From IMG/VR virus record IMGVR_UViG_2786546475_000015, positions 1 to 64,000 of that record: a stretch of DNA of 64,000 nt. The stretch is one strand, 5' to 3'. Below the pieces are notes generated by a model, which made no database searches, was not told the DNA's origin, and saw nothing but the letters and a program-made list of their open reading frames with translations. This DNA comes from a virus (taxonomy: Duplodnaviria > Caudoviricetes). A program made the translations under genes and the position numbers. This document shows positions 52,194 to 63,276 of the stretch, piece after piece (the first letter of the stretch is position 1; every line of letters begins with the position of its first letter).

Positions 52194-52646
52194 ATGAGTA
52201 ATTTTTCAGAAAAGTTTATTAACAACATTAAAGAAAGTCTTACCGAAATGGATAGTTCTTGCGAACATGTCGATTTCGGTAATGTGTTAGAGTATATCAA
52301 ATCACTAGAAGCTGATGTTGAATACTGGAAATCGAAAGCTATGAAGCCGACCACCATGTATGATCGTGTCGTTGATGTTTCTCGAAAAGTAAATCCACGA
52401 ATGTGTAGCTATGTTATGCTAAAAGTCATGGAAGAAGTTGGCGAATTAGCGGAAGAAGTTAATATCAATAGTGGATTTATCAACAAACCAGTAGGTAAAG
52501 ATGGTGTTTTAGGTGAAGCTATCGACGTAATCGTTACTGTAATGGATATCATTTATTTGACTAATCCAGATATTACTAACGACGAACTGACAACTATTTT
52601 AGATAAGAAATTATCTAAATGGTACAATAATTGTAAACAAGTTTAA
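52194..52646 (+). CDS. MazG-like protein
   Basis: LKVMEEVGELAEE, GEAIDVI, KKLSKW. Confidence 0.82.
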   Translation: MSNFSEKFINNIKESLTEMDSSCEHVDFGNVLEYIKSLEADVEYWKSKAMKPTTMYDRVVDVSRKVNPRMCSYVMLKVMEEVGELAEEVNINSGFINKPVGKDGVLGEAIDVIVTVMDIIYLTNPDITNDELTTILDKKLSKWYNNCKQV

Positions 52647-52655
52647 GGATTTATA

Positions 52656-53201
52656 ATGAATAAAGCAGAAATTAGAAAATTGTTGTATAAAGTAATCGAA
52701 CACGTATTATGTTTAGATTTACTAGACAGCCTACCAGTACCAAACCAGAGTTTCGATACATACATGGATAGTTTAGATCAAGTTGAATTTGTTATGGCTG
52801 TCGAAGAAGAATTTGCATTAGAAATTCCAGATTTCGATGCCGAACGTATTAATAACATTGACCAAGCCGTAGAATATATCGACAAACATTTAAACGGTTC
52901 GTCGGAAAAATCGGAAGAATTGATTGATGACTTTCTTACATCACGCCAAAAAGAAGCTATTAAAGCACTTATTGATGAACGTGATTACCAAGAAAGTGTA
53001 TGGTGCGAGTTAAGCCTACCAAAACAACACTTGAATACGCCTAGTCATTGGTTAATTTATATCCAACGCTATCTGAATAAAGCGATTATGGATGAAAATA
53101 ACCAAGGCGATTTTTGTACTATGGACAACATTCGTAAAATCGGTGCTATGTGTATGGCGGCGATGGAACAGAATGAAATTGTGGAGCGTCAAAGTGATTG
53201 A
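52656..53201 (+). CDS. acyl carrier protein domain fused to helical (possibly MazG-like) domain
   Basis: DSLDQVEFVMAVEEEFALEIPD.DAE.I closely follows bacterial AcpP; C-terminal ERDYQ..W...RKIGAMCMAAME. Confidence 0.82.
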   Translation: MNKAEIRKLLYKVIEHVLCLDLLDSLPVPNQSFDTYMDSLDQVEFVMAVEEEFALEIPDFDAERINNIDQAVEYIDKHLNGSSEKSEELIDDFLTSRQKEAIKALIDERDYQESVWCELSLPKQHLNTPSHWLIYIQRYLNKAIMDENNQGDFCTMDNIRKIGAMCMAAMEQNEIVERQSD

Positions 53202-53784
53202 GTTTGATCAGTACGTAGTTATGAGTAAAGATCGCAAATGGATTGCTTGTGGTACACCACGTAATCGAGAATTGCGGTTAATTGAAGATTTAGGTAATAT
53301 CCGTATTCTTACTTACAAAAGTAAAGGTGTAGCGGAAAGTGGTTTTAAAAAACATTGGTTTAGTACGTATAACCATAATCGCGGTGAGAACGGTCATATC
53401 GAACCACCAAAAGAAAATGATTTAGAAGCTGTTAAAATGAAAGTAACGTATAATGAGGTAGAGTGATGAATGCATTTGAAAGAAGTTTATTCCATGAAAT
53501 GGTTAGTGAATATAACATTAAGCGAACATTACACGAAAAAGGTGATCGTGTAGAAAAGATGATTCGTTTAGTAGTAGAATCATCCGATAAACAAGAAGAT
53601 AAAGAACAATATTTTCGCGAGATCATTAAATCGGCTGGAGAACAATTCGGTCTTGATGTTGTTATAAAAACAATGCTTACCGAAAAAGGAACAGAAATAG
53701 GGTGGGTTATTTCTAGTGGTGATCTTAATTTAAATCGCGAAACGACATGGTATATGATTTAAATCAATAATTGAAAGGTATAGT

Positions 53785-54177
53785 ATGAATAATTTTATTA
53801 AAGTAATTATGTTAGTATTAAGTGTATTTGTTTTGAACGCGTGTACGGATGCGCGTATTGCGTCAAGCAACATTAGTAAAGCGTCCGATTATTTTGAAGT
53901 AGACCGTCGAGTTGTTTTCTACAACGGTATTACTGGTGAATACATGTTAGTTATTCGCGGTAAATGTTCTGTCGAACCATTAAAGGATAAATTAGAGGTT
54001 ACGTGTAAGACGGGTGACGAAAAATATAAAAAGCATTACTTAGGCTTGTCCGATAACGTAACATATTTTGTAGAGCAATTAGAATCAATTGGTGTAAACG
54101 TTTATCAATACCGTGTAGTATTTAAACCAGAAGCGGTCATTCCAGATATGGAGGTTGTCACCAGTGATCAACCTTAA
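53785..54177 (+). CDS. lipoprotein
   Basis: Signal peptide with lipobox LNAC. Confidence 0.8.
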   Translation: MNNFIKVIMLVLSVFVLNACTDARIASSNISKASDYFEVDRRVVFYNGITGEYMLVIRGKCSVEPLKDKLEVTCKTGDEKYKKHYLGLSDNVTYFVEQLESIGVNVYQYRVVFKPEAVIPDMEVVTSDQP

Positions 54178-54725
54178 AATTGAATTAGACGGAGTTAAAC
54201 ACTCCGTCCGACATTTACTAGAAACTCATAATAGTGAAATGAGTAAAATGATCCAAGAAGAAATTGAGCGTCAGATTACACAGGATTGGGTTAAACACCG
54301 TATTCGACAAAGTGTGACTGATTGTATCAATAAATCAATTGATAGTCTTGCAGACAATCACAGGCTTCGTGAAGCACTAAAAACAGTCATGATCGACCAA
54401 TTATTAAAGGATTCTTAATGTATTATAGATTCATTTTGGAACAATTAGTAGCAAACAATAAATTAACGCTATCTGATATATGCGATATAGTTAATAAGTT
54501 TTTAACGGGTATAGACATTGATACTGATGATATCGAAAATTTCTTTACTGTCCTTAATAAAGTTTTTGATATTCCTATTAAGGTAGAGTTAAGTCAAAAA
54601 TCTGAGTATAGATTTGATAATTCAAATAGTAATCAGATTATCGAACCAATCAACTATCTTAAAGTACAGATCGATAATGGTGTACTAACATATCAAGAAA
54701 CGGAACAGGGGTTGCAATTAATATC

Positions 54726-54998
54726 ATGACAAATGAAAACCTATACGATTCAACATTCGATCTAATCACTAATGACAATGCCGATTCGAAAATAATGAAT
54801 ATGAAATCTAATATGATTTTAGAGATTAGAGAAGTCACATCTGGAAAATATACTCAAAAAGATTTAGCTAATAAGCTAGGTGTAACACAACCACGTGTAA
54901 GTAAATTACTAAACGGTCATTTATACGATTTTTCGTTACAAGAATTGATTAAGTATTTAATCAAATTAGACGTTACCGTAGAAATTTTTGTAGATTAA
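54726..54998 (+). CDS. XRE-family HTH protein (HigA-like)
   Basis: TQKDLANKLGVTQPRVSKLLNG...FSLQEL. Confidence 0.85.
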   Translation: MTNENLYDSTFDLITNDNADSKIMNMKSNMILEIREVTSGKYTQKDLANKLGVTQPRVSKLLNGHLYDFSLQELIKYLIKLDVTVEIFVD

Positions 54999-55005
54999 TT
55001 TTCAG

Positions 55006-55070
55006 AAGCCCTTGCGTAAGCAGGGGCTTTTTGCTATCATGGGTTTGTTGAATTGATTTAAGGAGATTTT
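55006..55070 (+). promoter_or_regulatory. PeSL-like cassette, copy 6
   Basis: Identical to copy 3 apart from one extra A in the RBS. Confidence 0.88.
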
Positions 55071-56347
55071 ATGAATAAGCGCGAACGCCTTGAACAGATT
55101 AAAAAATATGGTATTGACGCGGGCGAAGCGTTAATGTTAAGTTCAGAAGAAGAAATCAACGATTGGATTGATCGTGGTTTAATTGACGAAGATTTTCATT
55201 ATTGGTGGTCGAACGCTCAAGAAGAACTTCGTTGTATGATGGCTGAATTCATTTAAGGAGATAATTATGAAATTAGGTACTGAAACTGGTTCTTTAGTTA
55301 ACCACTTATATTCGCGAATTGAAAAAATCAAACCAGAAATTGGTATGGGCGCGACTATTTTGGGTTGGACAGATCGTAGTCCAGCAACAGTAATCGAAAC
55401 GTTTACTAAAGGTAAGTACGATTATATCGTTGTCCAAGAAGATAGCGCCAAACGCGTTGATAACAACGGTATGAGCGAAAACCAAGAATATGAGTACACA
55501 CGTAATCCCGAAGGTTGTACGTACACATTCCGTGTTATCAAAGACGGATTTCAAGAAGTCTACAAAGCCGAAAGCGGTCGATACAATAAACTAGACGGTA
55601 AAGGTTTATTGCTTGGTACACGCGAAAAATATTACGATTTCTCATTCTAATAGTGGTAATATTCACTATAACGTCAATATTCCTACATAATAATGAAAAT
55701 TAACAATAATGGTGTAATCATGAGTCGTACTATCAGAGGTTCTAAACCAAAAGGATATGATTTTAATTCTAAACGATGCTTCGGGTGTGTTAATCTTGGG
55801 TGCGGTAAAGTAGCGAAGCAGATTACAAAAGCTAAAGAGCGTACCCGTAAGCGTTTACAGTTACGAAAAGAGTTGAGGAACTTATAATGGAAAAATATAA
55901 TTTAGGTAAACCAGTTGTCCGTCAGTGTTGGTTGAATATTGAAACAGGCGAATTCAGTAAATCTTGGTTTAAAGGTGAGTTCGGTAATACAGTAGAATCA
56001 ATTCTGTCGGATAATTCTATTGATATTAAGTGGAAACTTATCGAATATAGCGTATTAAATGATAAAGATTTTGAATTTATGGATTGTATGAGACTACGAT
56101 AAGTGGTATCATTAATTTTTTTAGGAGAGAGTATGTATATTCCAAAACAACTTAATTATAACCAGCTACATCAATTACGTTTATCCGCGTACGAACATGT
56201 ACAGGATCATAACATGCGATTCGGTCAAGCGTTTGTTTACGCCTATTCACAAGAAATTAACAGTTCTATTCGTTTCGAATCACTGTTTTATACCGAATCC
56301 GTTGATGAAGCGGAAACATTAATCAATTCTTTTATAGCGGAGTAGTC

Positions 56348-56887
56348 ATGAGTACCGAAACATATAAATGGAACGAATTACTTAGTAAATTGATCGAAGA
56401 ACCAGAATTAGAAGTTCAAACCGATACAAAGGCATATAGTTTTGTTAATCGTTATTTAAACGAAAAGCAATACGGTATTCAGACCGCTCATGCGTTAGCA
56501 CGTTTAACATGGTTAGATAAAAGTCAAATTGTTTTCGATTACATGAAAGGCGAACAAAAATTGATCGTGTTGAATGGTGGTGGGGCGCGTGATATGCGAA
56601 AGACATTGATTAATATTGGTGAAATTGATAGCACTTATTTTTCCATTCAATGGTTTAATGATATTGATATTAATCCCCAATCACCGAGCGCGATTGTAGT
56701 AATCCCTAGTCGTAAAATGCAACACATTATCGACGAAGTTCGCGCTAACAGTAAAGGTCGAGTACGGGTAAGTGGTAATTTACTATTAAACGGAGAAAAT
56801 GAATTTTTGATTAAATCGACACCTGATGGGTTGAATCAAGCCGAATTAGAATTGGTAGAAAAGATTGTAAACGGTCGTACGGTATGA
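56348..56887 (+). CDS. possible peptidyl-tRNA hydrolase 2-like protein
   Basis: QYGIQTAHA and KLIVLNGG recall Pth2 QxxHA / KxVL motifs. Confidence 0.45.
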   Translation: MSTETYKWNELLSKLIEEPELEVQTDTKAYSFVNRYLNEKQYGIQTAHALARLTWLDKSQIVFDYMKGEQKLIVLNGGGARDMRKTLINIGEIDSTYFSIQWFNDIDINPQSPSAIVVIPSRKMQHIIDEVRANSKGRVRVSGNLLLNGENEFLIKSTPDGLNQAELELVEKIVNGRTV

Positions 56888-57838
56888 TGTGGCTAAGAAA
56901 TGCTTTACTTAGATTAATGATTTCTATGAATAGCGAAATGGATGGTTACATCTATTATAAAGGAAAAGTTTTACCCGCGTTTTATAGCGAGAAATTATTA
57001 GGAAAACGATATTTATTAACTAATTATGTCAGTAGTGGTACTTACATATTACTAGATGATATGCGTTTATATCCATATTTTTCTGTTATCACGAAAGACA
57101 TTTTTGATATGCCGATGTTTATCGGTGAAGCCGATTACGTGAAATTAAAAAAGGAAAAGTAATGAATTACAAACAAGTTTGTGAATCTTTAGAACATGCA
57201 GACGAGCGTTTTAAATTAGCCAAAATCTATAACGACAACACAAGTGTTGGCATGTATCGCGGTGATTTTATCGATAAACGTATCAAAGAATTGCAAAATG
57301 AAATCAATAAACTAAAACAAGCTAAATCGGTCGAAACACAGATGAACATGCGTGGTTGGTCTTTTTTTGATATCAGCAATGATATTGAATACGACGAATA
57401 TGGTATGTTTGTAGGTACAAAGGATGAATTATTTGAACGTATTCCAAACCCATCGTGTTATAGTCGATATGATGAAGATGATGAATGGGAACAATCATTA
57501 TGAAAACTGATTGGGTAAATTGTCCTATCTGTCATCAACCAGATATGGAAGCTGTTCATTACGGTGATGAAGATGGTTGGTATGTTAATTGTGTGAATTT
57601 GTCATGTCCTAGTAATCAAGTAGGTACACGATATGCAGATTTAGAGCGACCGCCTAAACCACCAAAAGTGATTAAAGGTCATTCTATGCATGGTTGGGAT
57701 GATGAACCCATGATATGTACGACAATTAATGTTTTTCGTAGTGATGTGAAAGCACCGATTGGGTACTTAAAACCAGATCATAACAACGAAAATTGGTCTA
57801 TTCGTGATAATTTATTTACACGTTTTTATAAAAAGGTA

Positions 57839-57866
57839 TTGACATGGTTTAAACGGTCTGTATAAT
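57839..57866 (+). promoter_or_regulatory. sigma70-type early promoter
   Basis: TTGACA-N16-TATAAT. Confidence 0.8.
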
Positions 57867-57916
57867 AGTACTTGTTCTGTTGGAGAACTTCTTTTAATCG
57901 AAATGAGGAAATTATT

Positions 57917-58033
57917 ATGAAAATGTTTTTTAAATCACGTAAAGCTATGCGTCAATTCAAAGGTTCTGCTAAGAAAGTAGACCAAGGCGCGAAAGCACAA
58001 CAAGGTCGCCGTTGGGCGGTTCAAGTTAGTTAA
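57917..58033 (+). CDS. 38 aa basic micro-protein; absent from ORF track
   Basis: MKMFFKSRKAMRQFKGSAKKVDQGAKAQQGRRWAVQVS; own promoter, gagga RBS and terminator. Confidence 0.8.
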   Translation: MKMFFKSRKAMRQFKGSAKKVDQGAKAQQGRRWAVQVS

Positions 58034-58035
58034 TT

Positions 58036-58056
58036 AAAGGGCGTTCGCGCCCTTTT
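58036..58056 (+). terminator. intrinsic terminator with UUCG loop
   Basis: aaagggcg-ttcg-cgccctttt. Confidence 0.85.
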
Positions 58057-58631
58057 AGGAGTGATTATGAATACAGCCTTTAGACATGGTTATGAAGCTT
58101 CTAAATGGGAAGGTAGTAACGAAGAAATAAATCCGTATACACCATACGAACCAGAATGGTATGATTGGTTAAATGGTTGGTTCGCTGGACATGAGGAACA
58201 AAGAAATGAAAAACGTAAAGTTTAAAATCGATAATAAAGTTGTCGCAAAATTAGTTACAGATAAAATCAAAGCTTTGGCTACCGAAGGAGAAATTTTATA
58301 TCCTCTAGTTTATCCAAACGAATTTTCTATTGAACCACTATACGTGTACATCGATAACGAAGGTCGAGTTACATACGATTTAGATGAACTAACATTTGAA
58401 CGTGTAAAAGAAACGCAAATCCATTACCTACACTTTTTGACGGGTACTACTGACGGTCGGTTATTCACTAATGACATTACCGATAATATCTATCTGCAAT
58501 TAGGTGATACCGCTTATTGGATCGATATTTATACTGGACAGTTAGAATGGCATCCATTCAATTTAAGTAAGACTTTAAAAATGCTAAACGGAAATTGGTT
58601 AATTGACGTTAACGAAAAAGCGTTATAGTCA

Positions 58632-58659
58632 TTGACAAGCCCGTTATAACCTGTATAAT
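58632..58659 (+). promoter_or_regulatory. sigma70-type early promoter
   Basis: TTGACA-N16-TATAAT, then gggctttgttga leader like the PeSL copies. Confidence 0.8.
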
Positions 58660-59442
58660 GGGCTTTGTTGAGTTAGGAAATCGCTTAAAGGAGTTGATAT
58701 GAACAAGTGGAAAATCGTTTTAAACAATGGCGATATTGGTATCGTAGAAGGTAAAAAACTACTAAAAGCGGTTAAAGAAAGTCCTTTTAACCCATCTGAT
58801 GTAAAATATTACGAATTGTTGAAATAGGAGTTGATATGAACATTTCAGAACTTAAAAATCGTGTCGCTAATGCCGTTGCCGATTACAACAAAGAATTCAT
58901 GGCTACACACGACGAACCAGATTTTGGTGAATGCGGTAGTGCTGTCGTTTTAATTAGTTTTGGTCGTAAGCGTAAAATTAAGGAAGCTTTTTTAGATGAA
59001 GTTTTACTAGGTATGGATTGGAGTTCTGCTAGTAAAAAAACATTCGTTTTTGAATATGACGGTAACGCTGGTGTTCCAGTACCAACACAATATGCTGGTT
59101 ATTACCGCCAACGAGCTTACCTTGTATCGCGTATTCTAAAAGAATGGTTAGAAGAAAACGGTCAAGAGGGTGTTGACGTACACGTACATAGTTGGGTGGA
59201 TTAATGAATATTCGTGATATATCTATGCAAATTAAAGGCTTGGAAGATTTTCGTAATGATTACGTTTGTATAGCGAAACAAATGAACAAAAATGATTTAG
59301 GTATTGGTGGAGAATATATTATCACCACCATAAAAGCTATGGATGTTAGGATAGGCGAATTGGTTGATCAAAGAAAATCATTAATAGCAAAGCAGATGGA
59401 AGAAAGGCGTAATGAAATGAAACAAAAATTAAAAGGTTTAGT

Positions 59443-60015
59443 ATGAGTAAATTTTTATTAACAGATATCGACGGTTGTGTACTTAATTGGCATAAAGGCT
59501 TTATTAGCTTTTGCGAAATGTTAGGGTTTAAATTAGACAAAAATTCAGACCATACCGATTATGACATGGCTACGTGGTTTACTAATATGTCGTCGGAGCA
59601 ATTTCGCGGATTAGTGACATTGTTTAACAATTCACAATTTTCTAATTTATGTCCACCATTATCTGATGCTGGAACATATTTACCATTAATCGCTAAAAAC
59701 CATCGTGTCGAAGCGTTAACCGCGTTTGGCGATCGTCCAGAACAAAAGGAAATGCGTAAGAATTTGATAAACGCGTTATTCCCTAATGTGTTCGATGAAA
59801 TTCATGTAATCGATTTACAAGAATGTAAGCGTTCTTATCTAGAGCGTATTAAACCAGATATTTTTATCGAAGATAGTTTACGACACGCTGATAGTTCGCT
59901 AGAATTGGGTATCGAAACATGGATGATTAAAACACCATATAATGATAGTGATAAACATCAATATTTGGATAAATATGAGCCGTGGAAAGATTTATATAAA
60001 CGAATGGGTGAATAA
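59443..60015 (+). CDS. 30.2: HAD 5'-nucleotidase-like protein (T4 gp30.2-like)
   Basis: LLTDIDGCVLNW, ALTA, FIED. Confidence 0.8.
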   Translation: MSKFLLTDIDGCVLNWHKGFISFCEMLGFKLDKNSDHTDYDMATWFTNMSSEQFRGLVTLFNNSQFSNLCPPLSDAGTYLPLIAKNHRVEALTAFGDRPEQKEMRKNLINALFPNVFDEIHVIDLQECKRSYLERIKPDIFIEDSLRHADSSLELGIETWMIKTPYNDSDKHQYLDKYEPWKDLYKRMGE

Positions 60016-60482
60016 TGAAAATAGGTAAATTTAATTTCGAATACAAACCTTATCCGCATGTATGGTGGATTAGCGACAAATTACCAAAAAATACAAACGG
60101 TAATACTATCTTGGGTTGTATTCGTTTGAAACCGAATTATGACGAATCTACGTATCAACATGAATTGATGCATGTATTTCAGAATTATGTCGTTAATCTG
60201 TTAGCATTTGCGTTAATACTTTACATTTACCCACCACTATCGCCTTTGGCGTTTGGTTTACATGGTTTATTGTATAAGTATTGGGATCGATTCCGCTTTG
60301 AATGTGAAGCTATGGCGATCGCCGTATCCGTCGAATATCGAGCATTCCCTAAAGATCCCGACCGTTGGATTAAAAACTATACAGATGCTATGAACAAAAA
60401 TTACGATTTAGATGTTCGTAAGTATAACAAAGATTATATTTATAAACGCATCCGTGGTTATTGGGAAATGATGTTCAAATGA
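60015..60482 (+). CDS. membrane-associated HExxH protein
   Basis: QHELMH, hydrophobic stretch, FECEA. Confidence 0.55.
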   Translation: MKIGKFNFEYKPYPHVWWISDKLPKNTNGNTILGCIRLKPNYDESTYQHELMHVFQNYVVNLLAFALILYIYPPLSPLAFGLHGLLYKYWDRFRFECEAMAIAVSVEYRAFPKDPDRWIKNYTDAMNKNYDLDVRKYNKDYIYKRIRGYWEMMFK

Positions 60483-60707
60483 GTATCAAAGAAGATATAA
60501 AGTCAGAATTGACTAACCGTATGAAAAGTTTGTACGGACAACGTTATTCAGCAAAAACGATGTATTTGCTAGAAAAGACAATCAGCGATTATTTAGAAAG
60601 TATTAATATCGATAATCCAGTTAATAATATTCGTATATTAAGTGGCGTGAGTAATACTTCTATATACATCGTAAATTTAGACTTAGAAATTATTATTGGT
60701 CGTTAAT

Positions 60708-61163
60708 ATGGATATAGGTAGTGGAAACGGTTATCCGTCATCCAAACTTTCTAACTTCGCGCCACACTCATTTACTATCGATGGTATTGAGTGTGGTTCT
60801 ATGGAAGGTTTTTTGCAATCATTAAAGTTCAAAAGTATTGAAATGCAAATTCAAGTTTGTTCTTTATTTGGTAAGAAAGCTAAATTTCGTGGTAAGCGTA
60901 AGAAGTGGTGGCGGGATCAGATTTTATATTGGCGTGGCGTTCCAATTTATAGACATAGTGATGTTTATCAAAATCTGATTACACGTGCGTATGACGAGTT
61001 AGCCAAAAACGAGAAATTTAAAAACGCTATTATCGCTAGTAAGGATGCTGTTTATACTCATAGTATGGGTAAAAACGATCCGTCGAAAACGATTTTAACG
61101 GAAACCGAGTTTTGCGGTCAGTTAAATCGTGTTCGTAATAATATTTTAAAAGGTGATGTATGA
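60708..61163 (+). CDS. 30.3: NADAR-family hydrolase (T4 gp30.3-like)
   Basis: YPSSKLSNFA, SMEGFLQSLK, LYWRG, HSMG, ILTETEF. Confidence 0.88.
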   Translation: MDIGSGNGYPSSKLSNFAPHSFTIDGIECGSMEGFLQSLKFKSIEMQIQVCSLFGKKAKFRGKRKKWWRDQILYWRGVPIYRHSDVYQNLITRAYDELAKNEKFKNAIIASKDAVYTHSMGKNDPSKTILTETEFCGQLNRVRNNILKGDV

Positions 61164-62576
61164 GTATTATTAATGAAGCCTATGATGAAATTGAAAAGGT
61201 CGAAGAATTAGTTGGTGAGGATGATGATAATCTCGCTGAATTAATTTATGATATGAGTCAAGCTATGGATGATATATGTTCTGTAATCCATCGCGCCAAA
61301 GCCTATAAAAGAGAGCTACAACGTAATGGTTAGTGATACCAAGTACAAAGACCTAGAAGAACGTTATTATCGCCTTAGAAGTGCGTACAGCGCTGTTTTA
61401 GAGCGAATTAGTAACGGTCGTATAACAGAACCTTGTGTTGATACCGCTTATGTGTTATCCTTGCTTTATGGTAAAAATTATTTAGATAATGATTTGAGGT
61501 AATTATGTTTCATCAATTTGACTTTAACACGTTCGTTAATGGTAAACAGGGTGAATGTGTATCCGACAAACGCGGTAATGACATTTTTTGTTTTCATACA
61601 GAACCAGAAGTTTTTATAGACAAAAATGATGGATTATGCGTTAGATTTGAATTCGTTTCAAAATATAACGATGATCCGACAACATCAAAAACAATCACAC
61701 TTTATAAGAGAGATTTCGACAATGGCTAATGAAGATTATATTAATGCAATCGAACAATACGGATTTGTTACTTTCGCTGGCGTGATTTATGCTTTGTCTA
61801 CACATACCGTTATGGAGTATAATGAAAGTAATCAAACCGAATATTATCAGATGGGTATTGCCCCTAGCGGCGAAAAAGTTATTATCGATTACGATTCTGA
61901 AATGGAAGCGTTTAGCGTTAGTTTAGCAAATGATTAGTATCCAAGAAGAAGGCAACTTACAGAAATTAATCGATATCGCTAATCCATCATTAATGCCTAT
62001 GTGTCAAATAGTTGACTCTAACGATAGGGTTTTTAATGTCGGTTGTGAAGGTATGATTATGGAAAATGGTCGATTGGGTCTACAAATGAATCACCCCGAT
62101 TTGGTTTGTATGTCGCGTGAGGAATATGAATCTACTAGTAAGATTACTAGTGGCGAACACGTCATGATTCCAAAATCGAAAGAACATGCTAGATCAATGG
62201 TAGCGGTGGCTATGAATTATTTAGGTAATAATTATGAGTAAGGTTGTTATGAGTGTTAAAAATTTAGACGATTTAAAAGAAATAGATAAAGAGATCAATG
62301 AACTCAAGAGTTCTGTTCGACGTTATACGAAAAGTATGAATACATTAGCTGATTTTCGTCGCGGAGAAGTACCGAATAAAGATTTCTTATGTATTAGTGG
62401 TAATATGAACTACCGATATGAAGTAGACGGTAATACTAAAGATATTATCGAACAACAATTAGAGGTTTATCAACCAGATTTTATTCGTGCTGTTGAAATG
62501 CGTTTGGAATCTATTATACGTGGTTTGAAAAATCAAATTTCGTTGAAACAAAGGCAAATGGATAACTTTTTTAAAA

Positions 62577-62822
62577 ATGATTGAAAATATTATTGTTGAT
62601 AATGGTAATGTTTTGGATTCTGATAAAGAATTAATCTTTGGCGATGAAGAAGTGATTACGACCGAAGTTATGCCATTACCCAATTTATTACATACATTAG
62701 GTGTATATAAATCGACTTCGCAAGCTAGGAAAGCTGGTCGGGTTGGTGATATACCAACGGGGTATACTGAATACAAAGCGTCGAAGAAAGTTAGACTTTT
62801 TATTTGGAATCCTACCGAATAG
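62577..62822 (+). CDS. S4-like RNA-binding domain micro-protein
   Basis: LPNLLHTLGVYKSTSQARKAG. Confidence 0.55.
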   Translation: MIENIIVDNGNVLDSDKELIFGDEEVITTEVMPLPNLLHTLGVYKSTSQARKAGRVGDIPTGYTEYKASKKVRLFIWNPTE

Positions 62823-62824
62823 TA

Positions 62825-62868
62825 TTGACATTAAAGCCTATACCTGTATAATCATGGGTATAGGCTTT
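62825..62868 (+). promoter_or_regulatory. sigma70 promoter overlapped by terminator-like hairpin
   Basis: TTGACA-N16-TATAAT; aaagcctatacc/ggtataggcttt encloses the -10. Confidence 0.78.
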
Positions 62869-63276
62869 TCTTTTGGAGATATTATGAATATTGTAGAGTT
62901 GAAAAAACACGTTAAAAACCAACATAACGATTGGTCGATTATGTGGCAAGAAGAACGTTCAGCCGCTATTTTATCAGAAGCCAAAAAACTCTATTTGAAT
63001 GGTCGTTTAAAAGAACGTACTTTCAAAGCCGCTAAAAATTGGGCTAAGAAAGAGATTGATCGTAAAATTTATATGGGTGGAGAACTTTATGTCTAATATC
63101 GAACGAATGATTATCAACAATCTAGAATCTGGTGTTAACAATAATAAAATGTTAATGGAAACACACCAATGGAACGGCGACAAAGAAATGTACAATTATT
63201 TTAAAGGTCGTTATGAATACGCCAAAGGCTTATTAAATTCTATCAAACAATATAAACTCGACGATTTGGGTTAATC

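Larger units (their letters stand above)
34354..63274 (+). other. hyperplastic region of many small, mostly hypothetical, co-oriented ORFs
   Basis: Dense 50-270 aa ORFs with overlapping start/stop codons, RBSs and interspersed sigma70-type promoters. Confidence 0.85.

Noticed and set aside
7222-55070. Repeated hairpin elements as a CRISPR array or transposon ends
   Set aside because: Dispersed, no regular spacers, no cas or transposase gene; better explained as terminator-promoter cassettes.
7073-63195. All minus-strand ORFs in the track
   Set aside because: Short antisense shadows of well-supported + strand genes, with no recognisable motifs.
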